Origin: Dehalococcoidales bacterium | GTDB taxonomy: Bacteria > Chloroflexota > Dehalococcoidia > Dehalococcoidales > UBA2162 | Assembly: GCA_037440885.1 (NCBI GenBank) | Contig: JBBITI010000016.1 | Location: forward strand, 1,543 to 59,734 | DNA length: 58,192 nt | Direction of reading: 5' to 3' | Part shown: one piece after another, positions 17,700-28,306 of the stretch | Numbering within the stretch: the first letter of the stretch is position 1 | Layout of the letters: the number at the start of each line of letters is the position of its first letter | Translations under genes and position numbers: made by a program | Notes under the pieces: generated by a model | The model's input: the letters and a program-made list of their open reading frames with translations, nothing else | Told to the model about the DNA's origin: nothing | Database searches by the model: none

Positions 17700-19010
17700 T
17701 CAATGTCCTCCTTCTATCTTACTCACTATTAATTTTAGACCGGCTACTCGTTTAATTGTCACTTCCTCGCCTTCCGCTATCGTACCTCCTTCGGACTTTG
17801 CCGCCCATAACTCACCGGCGAACAGGACGAAGCCTTCCGGTTTGAGAGCTCCTTTGACCAGTGCTGTCTTGCCGACGAACTCCTCTCGACCAGTGCTTGC
17901 TTGTCTTCGATGAGCCTTGATGACAGCTCTCAGGGCAAAGACAAAAAAGGTGGTTACCACTATAACCACTACTGCGATCAACCACGGACTCACGTTGAAC
18001 AAGGGACCTCCTTTAAAGAGAATTAGCGAACCGAGTACCAGTGAAATGATACCACCGGAGGCAAGTGCGCCGAAACCTGCTGTAAGAACTTCAGCGATGA
18101 ATAGGCCGAAGGCAAGAACGATTAACAGCACACCGGCCCAGTTCACCGGAAGCATTCCCAGGGCGTAAAATGCCAGCAGAAGGCAAATCCCGCCGACGAT
18201 ACCCGGAAAGATTAAGCCCGGACTGGATATCTCAACCAGCAAGCCGAGTGTAGCCAGGCTCAACAGAATGTACGCGATGTTGGGATTAGCGATTGCGTAT
18301 AAAAAGCTCTCCCCGACATCCATGTCCAAATACTTTACTGCAGTCCCGGCAGTTTGCAGAGATACCACGCTGCCGTCCAGCAAAGTGACCTGCTGGCCGT
18401 CCAGTTGCCTTATCAGGTCGTTAATATTGGATGCAACTAAGTCTATCACCTTCATCTCACGGGCTTCCTGCTCGGTTGCTGAAATGCTTTCCCGCACTGC
18501 CCGCTCTGCCCAATCTGCGTTTCTATCACGGTTAGTTGCCAGGCTGCGGATATAAGCCGCTGCATCGTTAACGATCTTATCATTGACTTGTGAAACCTCT
18601 CCAGTATCGCTCATCGCTACCGGGTGCGCTGCGCCAATCGCCGTATCTGGTGCCATGGCTGCGATATGGGCGGATATGGTAATAAATGCCCCGGCAGAAG
18701 CAGCCCTCCCCCCTGATGGTGATACGTAAACAATTACGGGTACTCGGGAGTCAAGAATGTCCTGGATAATATCCCGCATTGCTGAATCCAAGCCGCCCGG
18801 CGTATCCAGTTGGATAATACATGCAATTGCCTTCGTATCCTCGGCATATTGAATGCCCCGGTGGACATAATCGGACAATACGGGATTGACCGTGCCTTTG
18901 ACCCGAAGGACAACGATTGTTGGACTATTAGCCTGGACATCGAAGGCGAGTCCCAGGATGCCGATTCCGGCTAATAATATGATTACAAAGAGGCGCCCTA
19001 TTCGGAGCAA
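17700..19010 (-). CDS. NfeD-family membrane-bound ClpP-class serine protease
   Basis: 436 aa with a TTG start behind GGAG. ..LDTPGG.. and ..[11 protein letters not shown].. form the ClpP-like core, followed by a 4-5 TM block and a C-terminal OB-like NfeD domain. The stop is 1 nt from the SPFH start. Confidence 0.85.
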   Translation of the reverse strand: MLRIGRLFVIILLAGIGILGLAFDVQANSPTIVVLRVKGTVNPVLSDYVHRGIQYAEDTKAIACIIQLDTPGGLDSAMRDIIQDILDSRVPVIVYVSPSGGRAASAGAFITISAHIAAMAPDTAIGAAHPVAMSDTGEVSQVNDKIVNDAAAYIRSLATNRDRNADWAERAVRESISATEQEAREMKVIDLVASNINDLIRQLDGQQVTLLDGSVVSLQTAGTAVKYLDMDVGESFLYAIANPNIAYILLSLATLGLLVEISSPGLIFPGIVGGICLLLAFYALGMLPVNWAGVLLIVLAFGLFIAEVLTAGFGALASGGIISLVLGSLILFKGGPLFNVSPWLIAVVVIVVTTFFVFALRAVIKAHRRQASTGREEFVGKTALVKGALKPEGFVLFAGELWAAKSEGGTIAEGEEVTIKRVAGLKLIVSKIEGGH

Positions 19011-19144
19011 CTTTTTACTCCATCGCGGACTTCATCTCATTGTATGCTGAATACTCGATAATATTCAACCCTTTCGAATAGATTGAATGCCTCTGGCGCG
19101 TGGTGTAGAATTATGAATTGTCGAATTGGAGTTGAATAGCTTAA

Positions 19145-20371
19145 ATGTCGATTGAGAAGTGTAAAGGCACCCGGGATATGTCCCCGACGGAGATGCAGCT
19201 TTTTCGGGCTATTGAAAATATCTTCCGCGAATGCTGTCTCGGTTGGGGATACGAGGAAGTACGCACGCCGATTCTGGAATATTTGTATCTCTTCACGGCT
19301 GCCGGAACGCTGACTCCCGGCCGGTTAGGAAAGGTCTATTCTTTTCTCGATTGGGATGGTTGGAGTGGGGAACGGGTAGTCCTGAGACCGGATGGCACCA
19401 TTCCCGTCGCCCGCTATTATATCGAAACCCGGAGGAGCGGGCTTGCCAGATTGTTTTATGTCAGTAATGTCTTCAGTTTCGAAGAAACCGGAAGAGAAAC
19501 CCGGGAGAAGTGGCAGTGCGGGGCTGAATTGATCGGCAGCAGGTCTTTGACATCCGACATCGAACTGATAGTGCTGGCACTGGAATTACTACAGAAACTC
19601 GGTTTTCGAGATCTGGAATTGCGCTTATCTCACGCCGGGCTAATTCGTGCCATTTTGAGTAAATTTGAGATTGATCCGGAAGAACAACACCGGTTGATCG
19701 ACCGTATCTCGGACGGAGATATCCGGGTATTAACCGGGGAGAAACCGGAACTAGCCCGGGTTATTGCCCCACTGCTGAACAATAAAGGTAAATCGTCGGG
19801 ATTTCTGAAGAATATTTCCGTTATGCTTGGGCGGGATTTTCCTGAGTTGCTGACGCCGATTACTGAATTCACAGATTTGGTCGCCGCACTGGATTCGCTT
19901 GACATAACTTACCAGATTGATATTTCTTCGGGTCGCGGTTTTGAATATTATACCGGTTTAATTTTTCAATTATATGCCGGAGAACACCGGGTTGCTGGCG
20001 GCGGTCGTTACGATGCTCTGATCCCTTTGTTAGGTGGTAAGGATATTCCTGCTTCCGGTTTTGCTATTTATGTTGATAAACTGATGGAGCTGTCACGGGT
20101 AGATTTGTCTGTCGGACAGGCGAAGGAACGTGTTTTGGTGCAGCTTCAGACCGGGATCAATAGTCTGAAAGCCGCTTTCGAAGCGGTGAAAGCGTTGCAT
20201 CAGAATGGGTTTATTGCTGAAATTATTTCGGATGATATCTCACACAAGCAAGCCGGTTGGTTACTGGAGATACGTGAAACCGGCTGGCGGTATCTCTTGC
20301 GTAATACCAGGACGGATACACAATATGAGGTCGCGGCAGTTCAGGAGATCGTTGCCCGGCTTAAAGGTTAG
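19145..20371 (+). CDS. hisZ: ATP phosphoribosyltransferase regulatory subunit (HisRS paralog)
   Basis: 408 aa. Class II aaRS-like core (..GTRDMSP.EM.., ..LRPDGTIPVARY.., ..GGGRYD..). It sits directly upstream of hisG. Confidence 0.85.
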   Translation: MSIEKCKGTRDMSPTEMQLFRAIENIFRECCLGWGYEEVRTPILEYLYLFTAAGTLTPGRLGKVYSFLDWDGWSGERVVLRPDGTIPVARYYIETRRSGLARLFYVSNVFSFEETGRETREKWQCGAELIGSRSLTSDIELIVLALELLQKLGFRDLELRLSHAGLIRAILSKFEIDPEEQHRLIDRISDGDIRVLTGEKPELARVIAPLLNNKGKSSGFLKNISVMLGRDFPELLTPITEFTDLVAALDSLDITYQIDISSGRGFEYYTGLIFQLYAGEHRVAGGGRYDALIPLLGGKDIPASGFAIYVDKLMELSRVDLSVGQAKERVLVQLQTGINSLKAAFEAVKALHQNGFIAEIISDDISHKQAGWLLEIRETGWRYLLRNTRTDTQYEVAAVQEIVARLKG

Positions 20372-20452
20372 ACTGGAAGCGCCGGTTACTGCGACCGGAT
20401 CAACGTATCTATTCTTAGTATTCGACTACCGAGGAAAGCATCAGGAACTAAC

Positions 20453-21886
20453 ATGAAACCGGTAAAATTAGCCCTCCCCAAGGGACGTTTGATGACACAG
20501 ACCGCTTTGTATCTTGAACAAGCGGGATGGGGACTGCATGATTATCAGGAGGGTGCCCGTTCTTATCGTTTGACCTGTGACCGCTTTCCTGATCTGCAAG
20601 CCAAGATATTTCATGAGAAAGACATCCCGATCCAGGTAGCCGTAGGAAACTACGACTTTGGTATCTGCGGTACAGACTGGGTTTCTGAATTGACCGCGAA
20701 GTATCCCAGTTCTGCTCTTATAACACTCCGGGAATACGGCTACGGACAGGGAGCGCTTTATACTGTAGCCGCCCGGGATAGCGAGGCTTCTATTCTAAAA
20801 ACATTAGTTTCTCGACCGGATACAGTGCGCCTGGTCAGCGAATACCCAAATTTAGCGGAAGCCTTCGCTTTGAAATTACGGTTACGTAAATTCAGTGTTT
20901 TCCCGCTCTGGGGTGCTGCCGAAGTGTATCCCCCCGAGAGTGCCGATCTTGCTTTGATGCCGGCTAAGGAAGCAGCGGTTCCTTTCAATCACGGGCTTGC
21001 TGCTGTGGCAACGGTTCTTCGCTTTCATGCCTGTCTGATCGTTAACCGGGACTGCTGGCAGAACAAGGATTTGAGTGAAGTACTATCTGCGCTGGACGAA
21101 GCGATTCCCGAGGGGGTTGAAAATAGAATATCTGAAAATCTGAGTCAAAATATTCAAGCCCGGGAAAGCCGCAACACCCGAACGGATACTAGCGATCGCG
21201 GTGTGCTCCGGCTTGCCCTTCCGGACGGGCATCAACAAGGGCCTGCGGTTAAAATTCTTGATGCCGCTGGTATCAGATTGTCCGGGTATCCCTTGGAGAA
21301 TGGTAATCGCCGGCCGGTTGTTGAAAATATGCCGGATATTGTGACCAAGGTCATTCGTCCGCAGGATATGCCGTTGCAGGTAGCGGCCGGGAATTTTGAT
21401 CTGGCGATCACCGGTATTGACTGGTTGCGCGACCATCTGTATCAGTTTCCCTCCAGCCCGGCCAACGCTATAGTTAATCTGCAATCGGCACCGGTCCGGA
21501 TCGTCGCTGTTGTCAGTAACGAATTACCGGTGTCCAGCGGATACGAACTTAGAGATCTCTGGTCACGCCGGTCGGAACCGATCCGCATAGCTTCCGAATA
21601 CGCCAATATTGCCGACAGATACGCTCGTGAAAATCACTTTATCCGGTATCGGATTATCCCTACCTGGGGAGCCTCCGAGGCATTTTTGCCGGAGGATGCC
21701 GATCTCTTGATTGAGAATACCGAGACCGGGGGTACCATCGCTCGCCACCACTTGAAAATTATCGATACGCTTTTCCGCTCGACCGGTCATCTGATCGGAA
21801 ATACTGCTGTTCTTGAGTCAGATAAGAAAAAGAAAGAAATAGCCGATTCATTCATTGAGATACTGAAGAAGGCTGTGGAGCCCTGA
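20453..21886 (+). CDS. hisG: ATP phosphoribosyltransferase, tandem double-HisG(short) fusion
   Basis: 477 aa. Residues 1-215 and 251-455 are each a HisG-short unit. Matching blocks: KLALPKG / RLALPDG; DIPIQVAVGNYDFGICGTDW / DMPLQVAAGNFDLAITGIDW; SEYPNLAEAF / SEYANIADRY; WGAAEVYPPESADLAL / WGASEAFLPEDADLLI. Confidence 0.85.
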   Translation: MKPVKLALPKGRLMTQTALYLEQAGWGLHDYQEGARSYRLTCDRFPDLQAKIFHEKDIPIQVAVGNYDFGICGTDWVSELTAKYPSSALITLREYGYGQGALYTVAARDSEASILKTLVSRPDTVRLVSEYPNLAEAFALKLRLRKFSVFPLWGAAEVYPPESADLALMPAKEAAVPFNHGLAAVATVLRFHACLIVNRDCWQNKDLSEVLSALDEAIPEGVENRISENLSQNIQARESRNTRTDTSDRGVLRLALPDGHQQGPAVKILDAAGIRLSGYPLENGNRRPVVENMPDIVTKVIRPQDMPLQVAAGNFDLAITGIDWLRDHLYQFPSSPANAIVNLQSAPVRIVAVVSNELPVSSGYELRDLWSRRSEPIRIASEYANIADRYARENHFIRYRIIPTWGASEAFLPEDADLLIENTETGGTIARHHLKIIDTLFRSTGHLIGNTAVLESDKKKKEIADSFIEILKKAVEP

Positions 21887-21887
21887 T

Positions 21888-23156
21888 TTGAAAGTTGTAA
21901 AAGGATTTGAACTGGCAAAATCAGTCCTTGTCCGGAAAGGTGAGTCAACACCCGGACAGGAAGAGCAGGAAGCTGCGGTCAGGAAGATTCTGGATAATGT
22001 CAGGGAACGCGGCGACGCTGCCCTGTACGATTACACCCAGCAGTTCGACGGTATCAAGTTAAACAGCCTGGCAGTCCAGAAGAGTGAAATTCAAGCGGCT
22101 TATCAACAGGTTGACGGTGAAGTTGTTTCCGCATTGAAATTAGCTGCCGAGCGTATCCAGGCTTATCATCTGAACCAGAAGAATAGTCTTTTCCACGATG
22201 GGATGAAAGGCGGTATGGGTTGGATCATGCGTCCTCTGGGGAGGGTTGGTATTCATATACCCGGTTTCAGTGCCCCTCTGCCTTCTTCTGTTTTAATGAC
22301 GGTTATTCCGGCTCGGGTTGCTGGCGTGGCAGAGATAATTGTTGTTAGCCCGCCTCGCAAAGAAGGGGGGGTATCGCCACTGACACTGGTTGCCTGTGAT
22401 ATTGCCGGGGTCGACCGCATCTTTTCAGTCGGAGGCGCTCAAGCCTTTGCGGCACTGGCGTTCGGCACCGAAACTATTCCTGCCGTCGATAAAATCTGCG
22501 GCCCGGGTAACATTTATGCCACGCTCGCCAAAAAATTGTTGTTTGGCGTAGTGGGTATCGATGCTCTGCAAGGCCCCAGCGAAGTTTTGATTATTGCCGA
22601 TGAAACGGCTGACATCTCTTATTGTGCCGCCGATTTTCTGGCCCAGGCGGAACATGCATCTGGATTCCCGGTGCTTGTCACGATTTCCATGGACCTTGCG
22701 GATAAAATTATCCGGGAGATTGAAAAGCAGACTGAAGAGTTGAACAAACCGCAAACGGTTGTCGAGTCGATATCGAAAAACGGTGTGGTCGCCATTGTTG
22801 AAAGCGTCGATGAAGCGATCGATCTGTCTAATCTGTACGCTCCGGAACACCTTTTGCTCCTTGTCGATAAAGCTGGTTCTTATCTCGACCGGATATCAGG
22901 TGCCGGGTGCATTGTTCTGGGTAAAAAAGCTACAGTAGCTATCGGCGATTATCTGGCCGGACCCAGCCATGTTTTACCCGTTGGCGGAACAGCCCGTTTT
23001 GCATCCCCCCTTAATGTCCTCGATTTTGTGAAATTGACCAGTATTATTAATATTGATGAGAATTTGATACGTAAATTGGGATCTGGGGTACAGATACTGG
23101 CCAATGCCGAAGGTCTCGAAGGCCATGCCCGGGCGGTCGAGAAACGGTTGATTTGA
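21888..23156 (+). CDS. hisD: Histidinol dehydrogenase
   Basis: 422 aa with a TTG start. ..ICGPGNIY.., ..QAEH.. and ..APEHL.. motifs. Confidence 0.93.
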   Translation: MKVVKGFELAKSVLVRKGESTPGQEEQEAAVRKILDNVRERGDAALYDYTQQFDGIKLNSLAVQKSEIQAAYQQVDGEVVSALKLAAERIQAYHLNQKNSLFHDGMKGGMGWIMRPLGRVGIHIPGFSAPLPSSVLMTVIPARVAGVAEIIVVSPPRKEGGVSPLTLVACDIAGVDRIFSVGGAQAFAALAFGTETIPAVDKICGPGNIYATLAKKLLFGVVGIDALQGPSEVLIIADETADISYCAADFLAQAEHASGFPVLVTISMDLADKIIREIEKQTEELNKPQTVVESISKNGVVAIVESVDEAIDLSNLYAPEHLLLLVDKAGSYLDRISGAGCIVLGKKATVAIGDYLAGPSHVLPVGGTARFASPLNVLDFVKLTSIINIDENLIRKLGSGVQILANAEGLEGHARAVEKRLI

Positions 23157-23170
23157 TCAGGAAGAAAGAA

Positions 23171-24271
23171 ATGGCTGCAGATAATATTGAAAGGTTTTTC
23201 CGTCCCGAACTGAAATCCTTTAGCGGCTATTCTGCCGCCACCTCTCCCGAGACCCTGGAAGGGAAGACCGAAGTAGCGACAGCAAATATTATTAAACTTG
23301 ATGCTAATGAGAATCCCTACGGCTGTTCGCCACGTGTTCAGCAGGCATTATCCCGATTCAATAACTATCATATTTACACCGATAACGACCAGACCCGGCT
23401 ACGCCAACAACTGGCCGAATTGACCGGTGTCGCTGCCCGCTATATCGTCGCTAGCAGCGGCAGTAACCAGCTTATCGACTTGATTTTCCGCCTGTTTGTC
23501 TCTCCCGGCGATGAAATAATCAACTGTGCGCCTACTTTCGGCATTTATAGCTTCAGTGCTGAACTTTGTGCCGGGAAGGTCGTCTCCGTCCCGCGTGATG
23601 CTGTTTTTAATGTCGATGTGGCGGCAGTAAAAGCGGCATTGTCACCGAAAACGAAGATAATATGCCTGGCCAATCCCAACAACCCCACCGGCAATCTTAT
23701 TCCGCGGGAGGATATTCTGGAAATACTTGCTACCGGCATTCCTCTATTGCTGGATGAAGCCTATTATGAATTCAGCGGCGAGACGTTGACTCCTCTTATC
23801 GGCAAATACGATAACTTGATGATCCTGCGGACATTCAGCAAATGGGCTGGCCTGGCCGGACTTCGTGTGGGATACGGATTGTTCCCGGCACGGGTTGCCG
23901 AATATCTGCTCTCGATCAAAATGCCGTATAGCGTAAATGTGGCTGCCCTGGTAGCAGTCGAGGAATCGTTAAAGGATATTGATTATCTAAGAAGTACTGT
24001 TGGTAAAATAATCGCGGAACGGGAATCTCTTGCTGGCGAACTGCAGCGGATAAACTGGTTGAAAGTCTATCCGTCATCCTCGAATTTCATCCTCTGTGAA
24101 TTATTGCAGGGGGAAGCCCGGCAATTAAGGCAGAAACTACAGGATAAAGGCATCCTTGTCCGTTATTTTGACCAGCCCCGTTTGCAGAATTTTGTCCGGA
24201 TCAGTGTCGGGAAACCGGAACATACCGCCGCTCTGATGAAAGCGATGCATGATATCGGTAATCATCTTTAA
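23171..24271 (+). CDS. hisC: Histidinol-phosphate aminotransferase
   Basis: ..KLDANENPYG.., ..NPNNPTG.. and ..RTFSKWAGLAGLRVGY.. (PLP Lys). I preferred ATG 23171 (MAADN..) over the TTG at 23153. Confidence 0.9.
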   Translation: MAADNIERFFRPELKSFSGYSAATSPETLEGKTEVATANIIKLDANENPYGCSPRVQQALSRFNNYHIYTDNDQTRLRQQLAELTGVAARYIVASSGSNQLIDLIFRLFVSPGDEIINCAPTFGIYSFSAELCAGKVVSVPRDAVFNVDVAAVKAALSPKTKIICLANPNNPTGNLIPREDILEILATGIPLLLDEAYYEFSGETLTPLIGKYDNLMILRTFSKWAGLAGLRVGYGLFPARVAEYLLSIKMPYSVNVAALVAVEESLKDIDYLRSTVGKIIAERESLAGELQRINWLKVYPSSSNFILCELLQGEARQLRQKLQDKGILVRYFDQPRLQNFVRISVGKPEHTAALMKAMHDIGNHL

Positions 24272-24383
24272 TCGGTAGTTAACGGCATCGTTCTAATCGA
24301 TATCAGATCTTCATGTCAAAACGCGTTCCGCAAAAACGCAAAATCGCTTTTCCCCCCGAAACAACTCACTGTAAAACCCGGTG

Positions 24384-24412
24384 TTGACGCCAAAGGAATA
24401 ATGCTCTATATT
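24384..24412 (+). promoter_or_regulatory. Candidate sigma70-type promoter of marR-mmpL
   Basis: TTGACG (24384-24389), 17 nt, then TATATT (24407-24412). Short AT-rich palindromes follow (ACTAA-cta-TTAGT, CTAATTAG) and could be the MarR operator. Confidence 0.4.
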
Positions 24413-24471
24413 AATACTTAGATAATAACTAACTATTAGTCTTTGCCTAATTAGATTCGGGAGGATTTATT

Positions 24472-24966
24472 ATGGAAAATGTAGATGAGCCTCAGGAACT
24501 CCTTCCCGACAGAGCGCGTGACGAGATGGTCGAACGCACCCTCAAGTTTGCGGAGAAGGTGACCCGCGAACTTCTTCCGCTCACGCCCAGAGAATCGTTG
24601 ATGCTTGATGTTACCACCGCTCAACTCAAGGTAATGTTCGACATTTTCCTGCGCGGTCCGTTAAGGATCGGCAGCCTGGCGAAAGGATTGGATGTCAGCC
24701 TGCCCACAATGACCGTGACCGTGGATCGTCTGGTGAAACGGGGCATTATCCTCCGTGAAGACGATCCGCAAGACCGCCGTGCCGTCTACTGCCATCTTTC
24801 GGAAAAAGGTAATCAAATCCTTAATCAACTATGGAACTCGGCGGTTGAACGGACCCGGAAAATGCTGTCTGTCCTTACGCTTCCGGAGTTAGAGATCGTC
24901 GGTCAATCTCTGGAGATTTTATTGAAAGCCGGTCAAATCACCAGGGACCGAGAATTAGCAAAGTAG
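24472..24966 (+). CDS. MarR-family transcriptional regulator
   Basis: 164 aa. Winged-HTH region ..LRIGSLAKGLDVSLPTMTVTVDRLVKRGIILREDDPQDRRAV.. Confidence 0.85.
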   Translation: MENVDEPQELLPDRARDEMVERTLKFAEKVTRELLPLTPRESLMLDVTTAQLKVMFDIFLRGPLRIGSLAKGLDVSLPTMTVTVDRLVKRGIILREDDPQDRRAVYCHLSEKGNQILNQLWNSAVERTRKMLSVLTLPELEIVGQSLEILLKAGQITRDRELAK

Positions 24967-25010
24967 GTCGTAAAAATACTACTTAATTTTCTAGAGGTAA
25001 TCACAATCAT

Positions 25011-27596
25011 ATGTTCAAGAATCTGGGTATTTTTGTCATCAAATATCGCGTCTTTATTGTCGTTTTCTGGGTTGTGGCTGCTGTTGCCATGTTTTTCTTT
25101 GCTCCCTCGGTTTCCCAAACCGGAAAGATGGACCAGTCTTCTTTTTTGCCTCAAAACAGTGAGTCCCGAAAAGCCAGCGATCTCATCGGGAAATATTTCC
25201 CGCGTACCGGAGCAGGTAGTTCTGGAACGCTGGTCGTTTTTAACCCGTCCGGCCTGACCGATATCGATTACTCTTATTCCCGGCAGCTTCAGGGATGGTT
25301 GCTGGACACTGAGAACGGTGCCGGAGTGGTGTCCGTTACCTCGATCTTTACTAATCCGGAATTAATTTCCCGCCTGGTAAGTCCGGACCAGACCACCATG
25401 CTGCTGAATCTGGGTATGAAAACTTCTTCTTATGATTCCAGATCTGTTGAGAGCGTGACTGCAATCCGGGAATATGTGAAAAATGCCCCGGATGGTCTGA
25501 AAGTCTATTTTACCGGATCTGCTGGTATCTATGGTGATATGTCAGAATCGCTGCACAAGAGTATTGATTTGACGACTTTGATCACCGTCTTGCTGGTAAT
25601 CGTTTTGCTTCTGGTTATTTACCGGTCTCCCGTGGCCAGTTTGGTGCCTCTCTTCACGATCGGTCTGGCTTATCTTGTAGCTCGCGGTGTACTCGGATTA
25701 CTGGCGCAGGCCGGGGTTTCCATCTGGTCCAATATCGATGTATTTTTGATTGTACTCGTTTTCGGCGCCGGGACCGATTATTGTCTCTTCATGGTGTCCC
25801 GGTTCCGTGAGGAATTGAGAAAGGAACCCACCCGGGAACTGGCCACCAGGTCTACCGTCACCAGGATATCGGCGGTTATCACGGCAAGTGGTTTCGCCGT
25901 AATTATCGGTCTTTCCGGCATGTATGTAGCCCATTACCAGATGATCAAGACCATGGGTCCGGTCCTCGGGCTGGCAATTCTGATCACCTTGTTAGCGGCT
26001 CTCACCTTGACTCCTTCTCTGGCGTCGCTGTTCGGGACGAAGCTGTTCTGGCCGGCCCATGGCCATGTTCGTAAAGACAATAATAACCGGGGATTCTGGT
26101 ACCGCCTGGCCGGTTTTACTACCGGATATCCCTGGGTGGTGATTCCGCTGGTAATCATTTTCATGGCAGTCCCCTTATTGGCCTTGCCCGGCTTAGTCCG
26201 TTCATATGACCAGATGGCGGAACTACCGAAGGGAACCGATTCAACCGAGGGTTATCGGATTTTAAAAGAGCGTTTCAACGTCGGTGAAATGGACCCTGTT
26301 ACGACTATCGTGGTCACGCCGGAAGGTGATAACATCACCGGGCCTGCCGGTCTGGCTCTACTGGTCAAGCTGGGTAATGATATTCGTGCTATCGATGGTA
26401 TCGCCCAGGTGCAGACAATTGTGCAACCTTACGGTACCGATGTAATTCCCGTACAGCTTACCGCTTCCGGCCAGCTTGCTACTCTGGTTTCCGGCTTATC
26501 AGGCGGTGGCGGCAGCAGTTCGTCATCGGCAAATATGTCTGCCGTAGCCCAGGGGGTCCGTATGATCGGTGCTTATCTCGCCGAATTAAAACAGGGATTT
26601 CCATGGGTTGGTATCGATACCGACTATAACAGCACGACCGTGGCTGTACAAAAGATACTGGTCCAGCTTCAAGCTTTGCAATCAGGAACGCTCCTTCCTG
26701 CGGATCAAGCCCAGGCTGCGGGTATCATCCAACAGCAACTGACAGTCCTTGGACAGCACGGGACAGCTTTGGCTGCGAAATTCCAGTCCCAGGGAAACCC
26801 GGCTTTCCTGCCCGCTTCTTTTACCTCCGATCCTCAACTGGCGGCGATGTTGAATACCTTTGTCAGCCAGGACAGCCGGGCTTCTTGCTTCTACGTTGTT
26901 CTTGATTCCGCTCCCCAGTCCAATGAAGCTTTAAATCTCGTGAAAGAGATCCGGGCGGCAATCAAGTCCAGTATTGCCGGTTATTCAGGATATGATGTTG
27001 CCGTGGGTGGTTCCACGGCATCTCTATCCGATGTCCGTACGATACTGGACAGCGACTTCACACGTGTGCAGATCGTGGTGCTTTGCGGGATTTTTCTCGT
27101 TTTCGTCATCCTGTTGCGGAGTCTGGTAGCCCCCGTGTACCTGCTATGTACCGTATTGCTCAGCTATGGCACCACGCTGGGTCTCGTCACCTGGATTTTC
27201 CAGGATCTTTTAGGACAGGACGGTGTCAGTTTTATCGTACCCATCGTTGTCTTTGTCCTGCTGGTTGCCATCGGTGCCGATTACAATATTTTCCTCATGT
27301 CCCGGGTGCATGAAGAATCGGAAACGCAACCCGCGCGTTTGGCGACTCGGGTGGCGGCTACTGCAACCGGCTCGGTGATTACCGCCTGCGGCATTATCCT
27401 GGCTGGTACTTTTGCCGCCTTGCTTGTTTCGCCGTTGCGCATCATGGTTCAGGTGGGCACTGCAGTCGCTCTCGGTGTTTTGATCGATACTTTTGTTGTG
27501 CGCAGCTTGCTGGTCCCCGCCATCGCAACGCTGGTCGGCCGTCGTAACTGGTGGCCGTCAAGATTCGGAAATCAAAACCACAAAGGCCCGGCTTAG
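25011..27596 (+). CDS. MMPL-family (RND superfamily) transporter
   Basis: 861 aa. Two 6-TM bundles, each with ..G(A/T)DY(C/N)(L/I)F(M/L)(V/M)SR(F/V).E.., separated by a large extracytoplasmic domain. Confidence 0.9.
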   Translation: MFKNLGIFVIKYRVFIVVFWVVAAVAMFFFAPSVSQTGKMDQSSFLPQNSESRKASDLIGKYFPRTGAGSSGTLVVFNPSGLTDIDYSYSRQLQGWLLDTENGAGVVSVTSIFTNPELISRLVSPDQTTMLLNLGMKTSSYDSRSVESVTAIREYVKNAPDGLKVYFTGSAGIYGDMSESLHKSIDLTTLITVLLVIVLLLVIYRSPVASLVPLFTIGLAYLVARGVLGLLAQAGVSIWSNIDVFLIVLVFGAGTDYCLFMVSRFREELRKEPTRELATRSTVTRISAVITASGFAVIIGLSGMYVAHYQMIKTMGPVLGLAILITLLAALTLTPSLASLFGTKLFWPAHGHVRKDNNNRGFWYRLAGFTTGYPWVVIPLVIIFMAVPLLALPGLVRSYDQMAELPKGTDSTEGYRILKERFNVGEMDPVTTIVVTPEGDNITGPAGLALLVKLGNDIRAIDGIAQVQTIVQPYGTDVIPVQLTASGQLATLVSGLSGGGGSSSSSANMSAVAQGVRMIGAYLAELKQGFPWVGIDTDYNSTTVAVQKILVQLQALQSGTLLPADQAQAAGIIQQQLTVLGQHGTALAAKFQSQGNPAFLPASFTSDPQLAAMLNTFVSQDSRASCFYVVLDSAPQSNEALNLVKEIRAAIKSSIAGYSGYDVAVGGSTASLSDVRTILDSDFTRVQIVVLCGIFLVFVILLRSLVAPVYLLCTVLLSYGTTLGLVTWIFQDLLGQDGVSFIVPIVVFVLLVAIGADYNIFLMSRVHEESETQPARLATRVAATATGSVITACGIILAGTFAALLVSPLRIMVQVGTAVALGVLIDTFVVRSLLVPAIATLVGRRNWWPSRFGNQNHKGPA

Positions 27597-27607
27597 TACC
27601 GGGCCTT
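27583..27607 (+). terminator. Stem-loop overlapping the mmpL stop codon
   Basis: AAGGCCCGG-cttagta-CCGGGCCTT. The T-tract is poor. Confidence 0.35.
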
Positions 27608-27690
27608 CATACCCACTGCGTCCGCTTTGTTCAGTTTTTGCCATATTATTTAGTTCGTGGTAAAATAAAACGAAAATGGCAGGTTAGCTG

Positions 27691-27930
27691 ATGAAGACAA
27701 AGATACGAGAAGGTGGCAGGATGGTGATACCCGCCGAATACCGGAAGGCACTGGGACTCAAACCCGGTGATGAGGTGCTGCTGACACTTGAAGATGGAGA
27801 AATAAGGATCGTTAGTACACGCCAGGCAGTCGCGCGAGCGCAGACGCTTGTCCGGCGCTACATCCCAAAAGGAAGAACCCTATCCGAGGAACTAATAAAG
27901 GAGCGGCGGGAAGAGGCAGTTCATGCCTGA
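27691..27930 (+). CDS. vapB: AbrB/SpoVT-fold antitoxin (VapB-like)
   Basis: 79 aa. ..GGRMVIPAEYRKALGLKPGDEV.. is a swapped-hairpin motif. Overlaps the PIN gene by 8 nt. Confidence 0.8.
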   Translation: MKTKIREGGRMVIPAEYRKALGLKPGDEVLLTLEDGEIRIVSTRQAVARAQTLVRRYIPKGRTLSEELIKERREEAVHA

Positions 27931-28306
27931 GACCGTGATAGATGCCTCGGCATTGCTGGCGCTTCTGAACGCGGAACCAGGCGCCGACGTGGTGACTGAA
28001 GCCCTTCCAGGTGGAGTCATCAGTACCGTTAACCTATCCGAAGTCATCGCTAAGCTTTGTGATGCCGGCATGCCAGCGAAAGCGATTCGACAGGCTCTGC
28101 AACCACTTGGACTGGAAGTAATACCCTTTGATGAAGAGCAGTCCTATCAAGCGGGGTTACTACGCGCCTCTACTCAGGATATGGGCATTTCTCTGGGCGA
28201 CCGAGCATTTTTGAGCTTAGCTAAAAAGCTAGGTATTGATGCTCTTACTGCAGACAGGGCTTGGACAAAGCTACCAATCGGAATAACGATCAAGTTAATA
28301 CGCTAG
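27923..28306 (+). CDS. vapC: PIN-domain ribonuclease toxin (VapC-like)
   Basis: 127 aa. N-terminal ..VIDASALLALL.. acidic residue and C-terminal ..LGDRAFL.. / ..LTADR.. Confidence 0.85.
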   Translation: MPETVIDASALLALLNAEPGADVVTEALPGGVISTVNLSEVIAKLCDAGMPAKAIRQALQPLGLEVIPFDEEQSYQAGLLRASTQDMGISLGDRAFLSLAKKLGIDALTADRAWTKLPIGITIKLIR

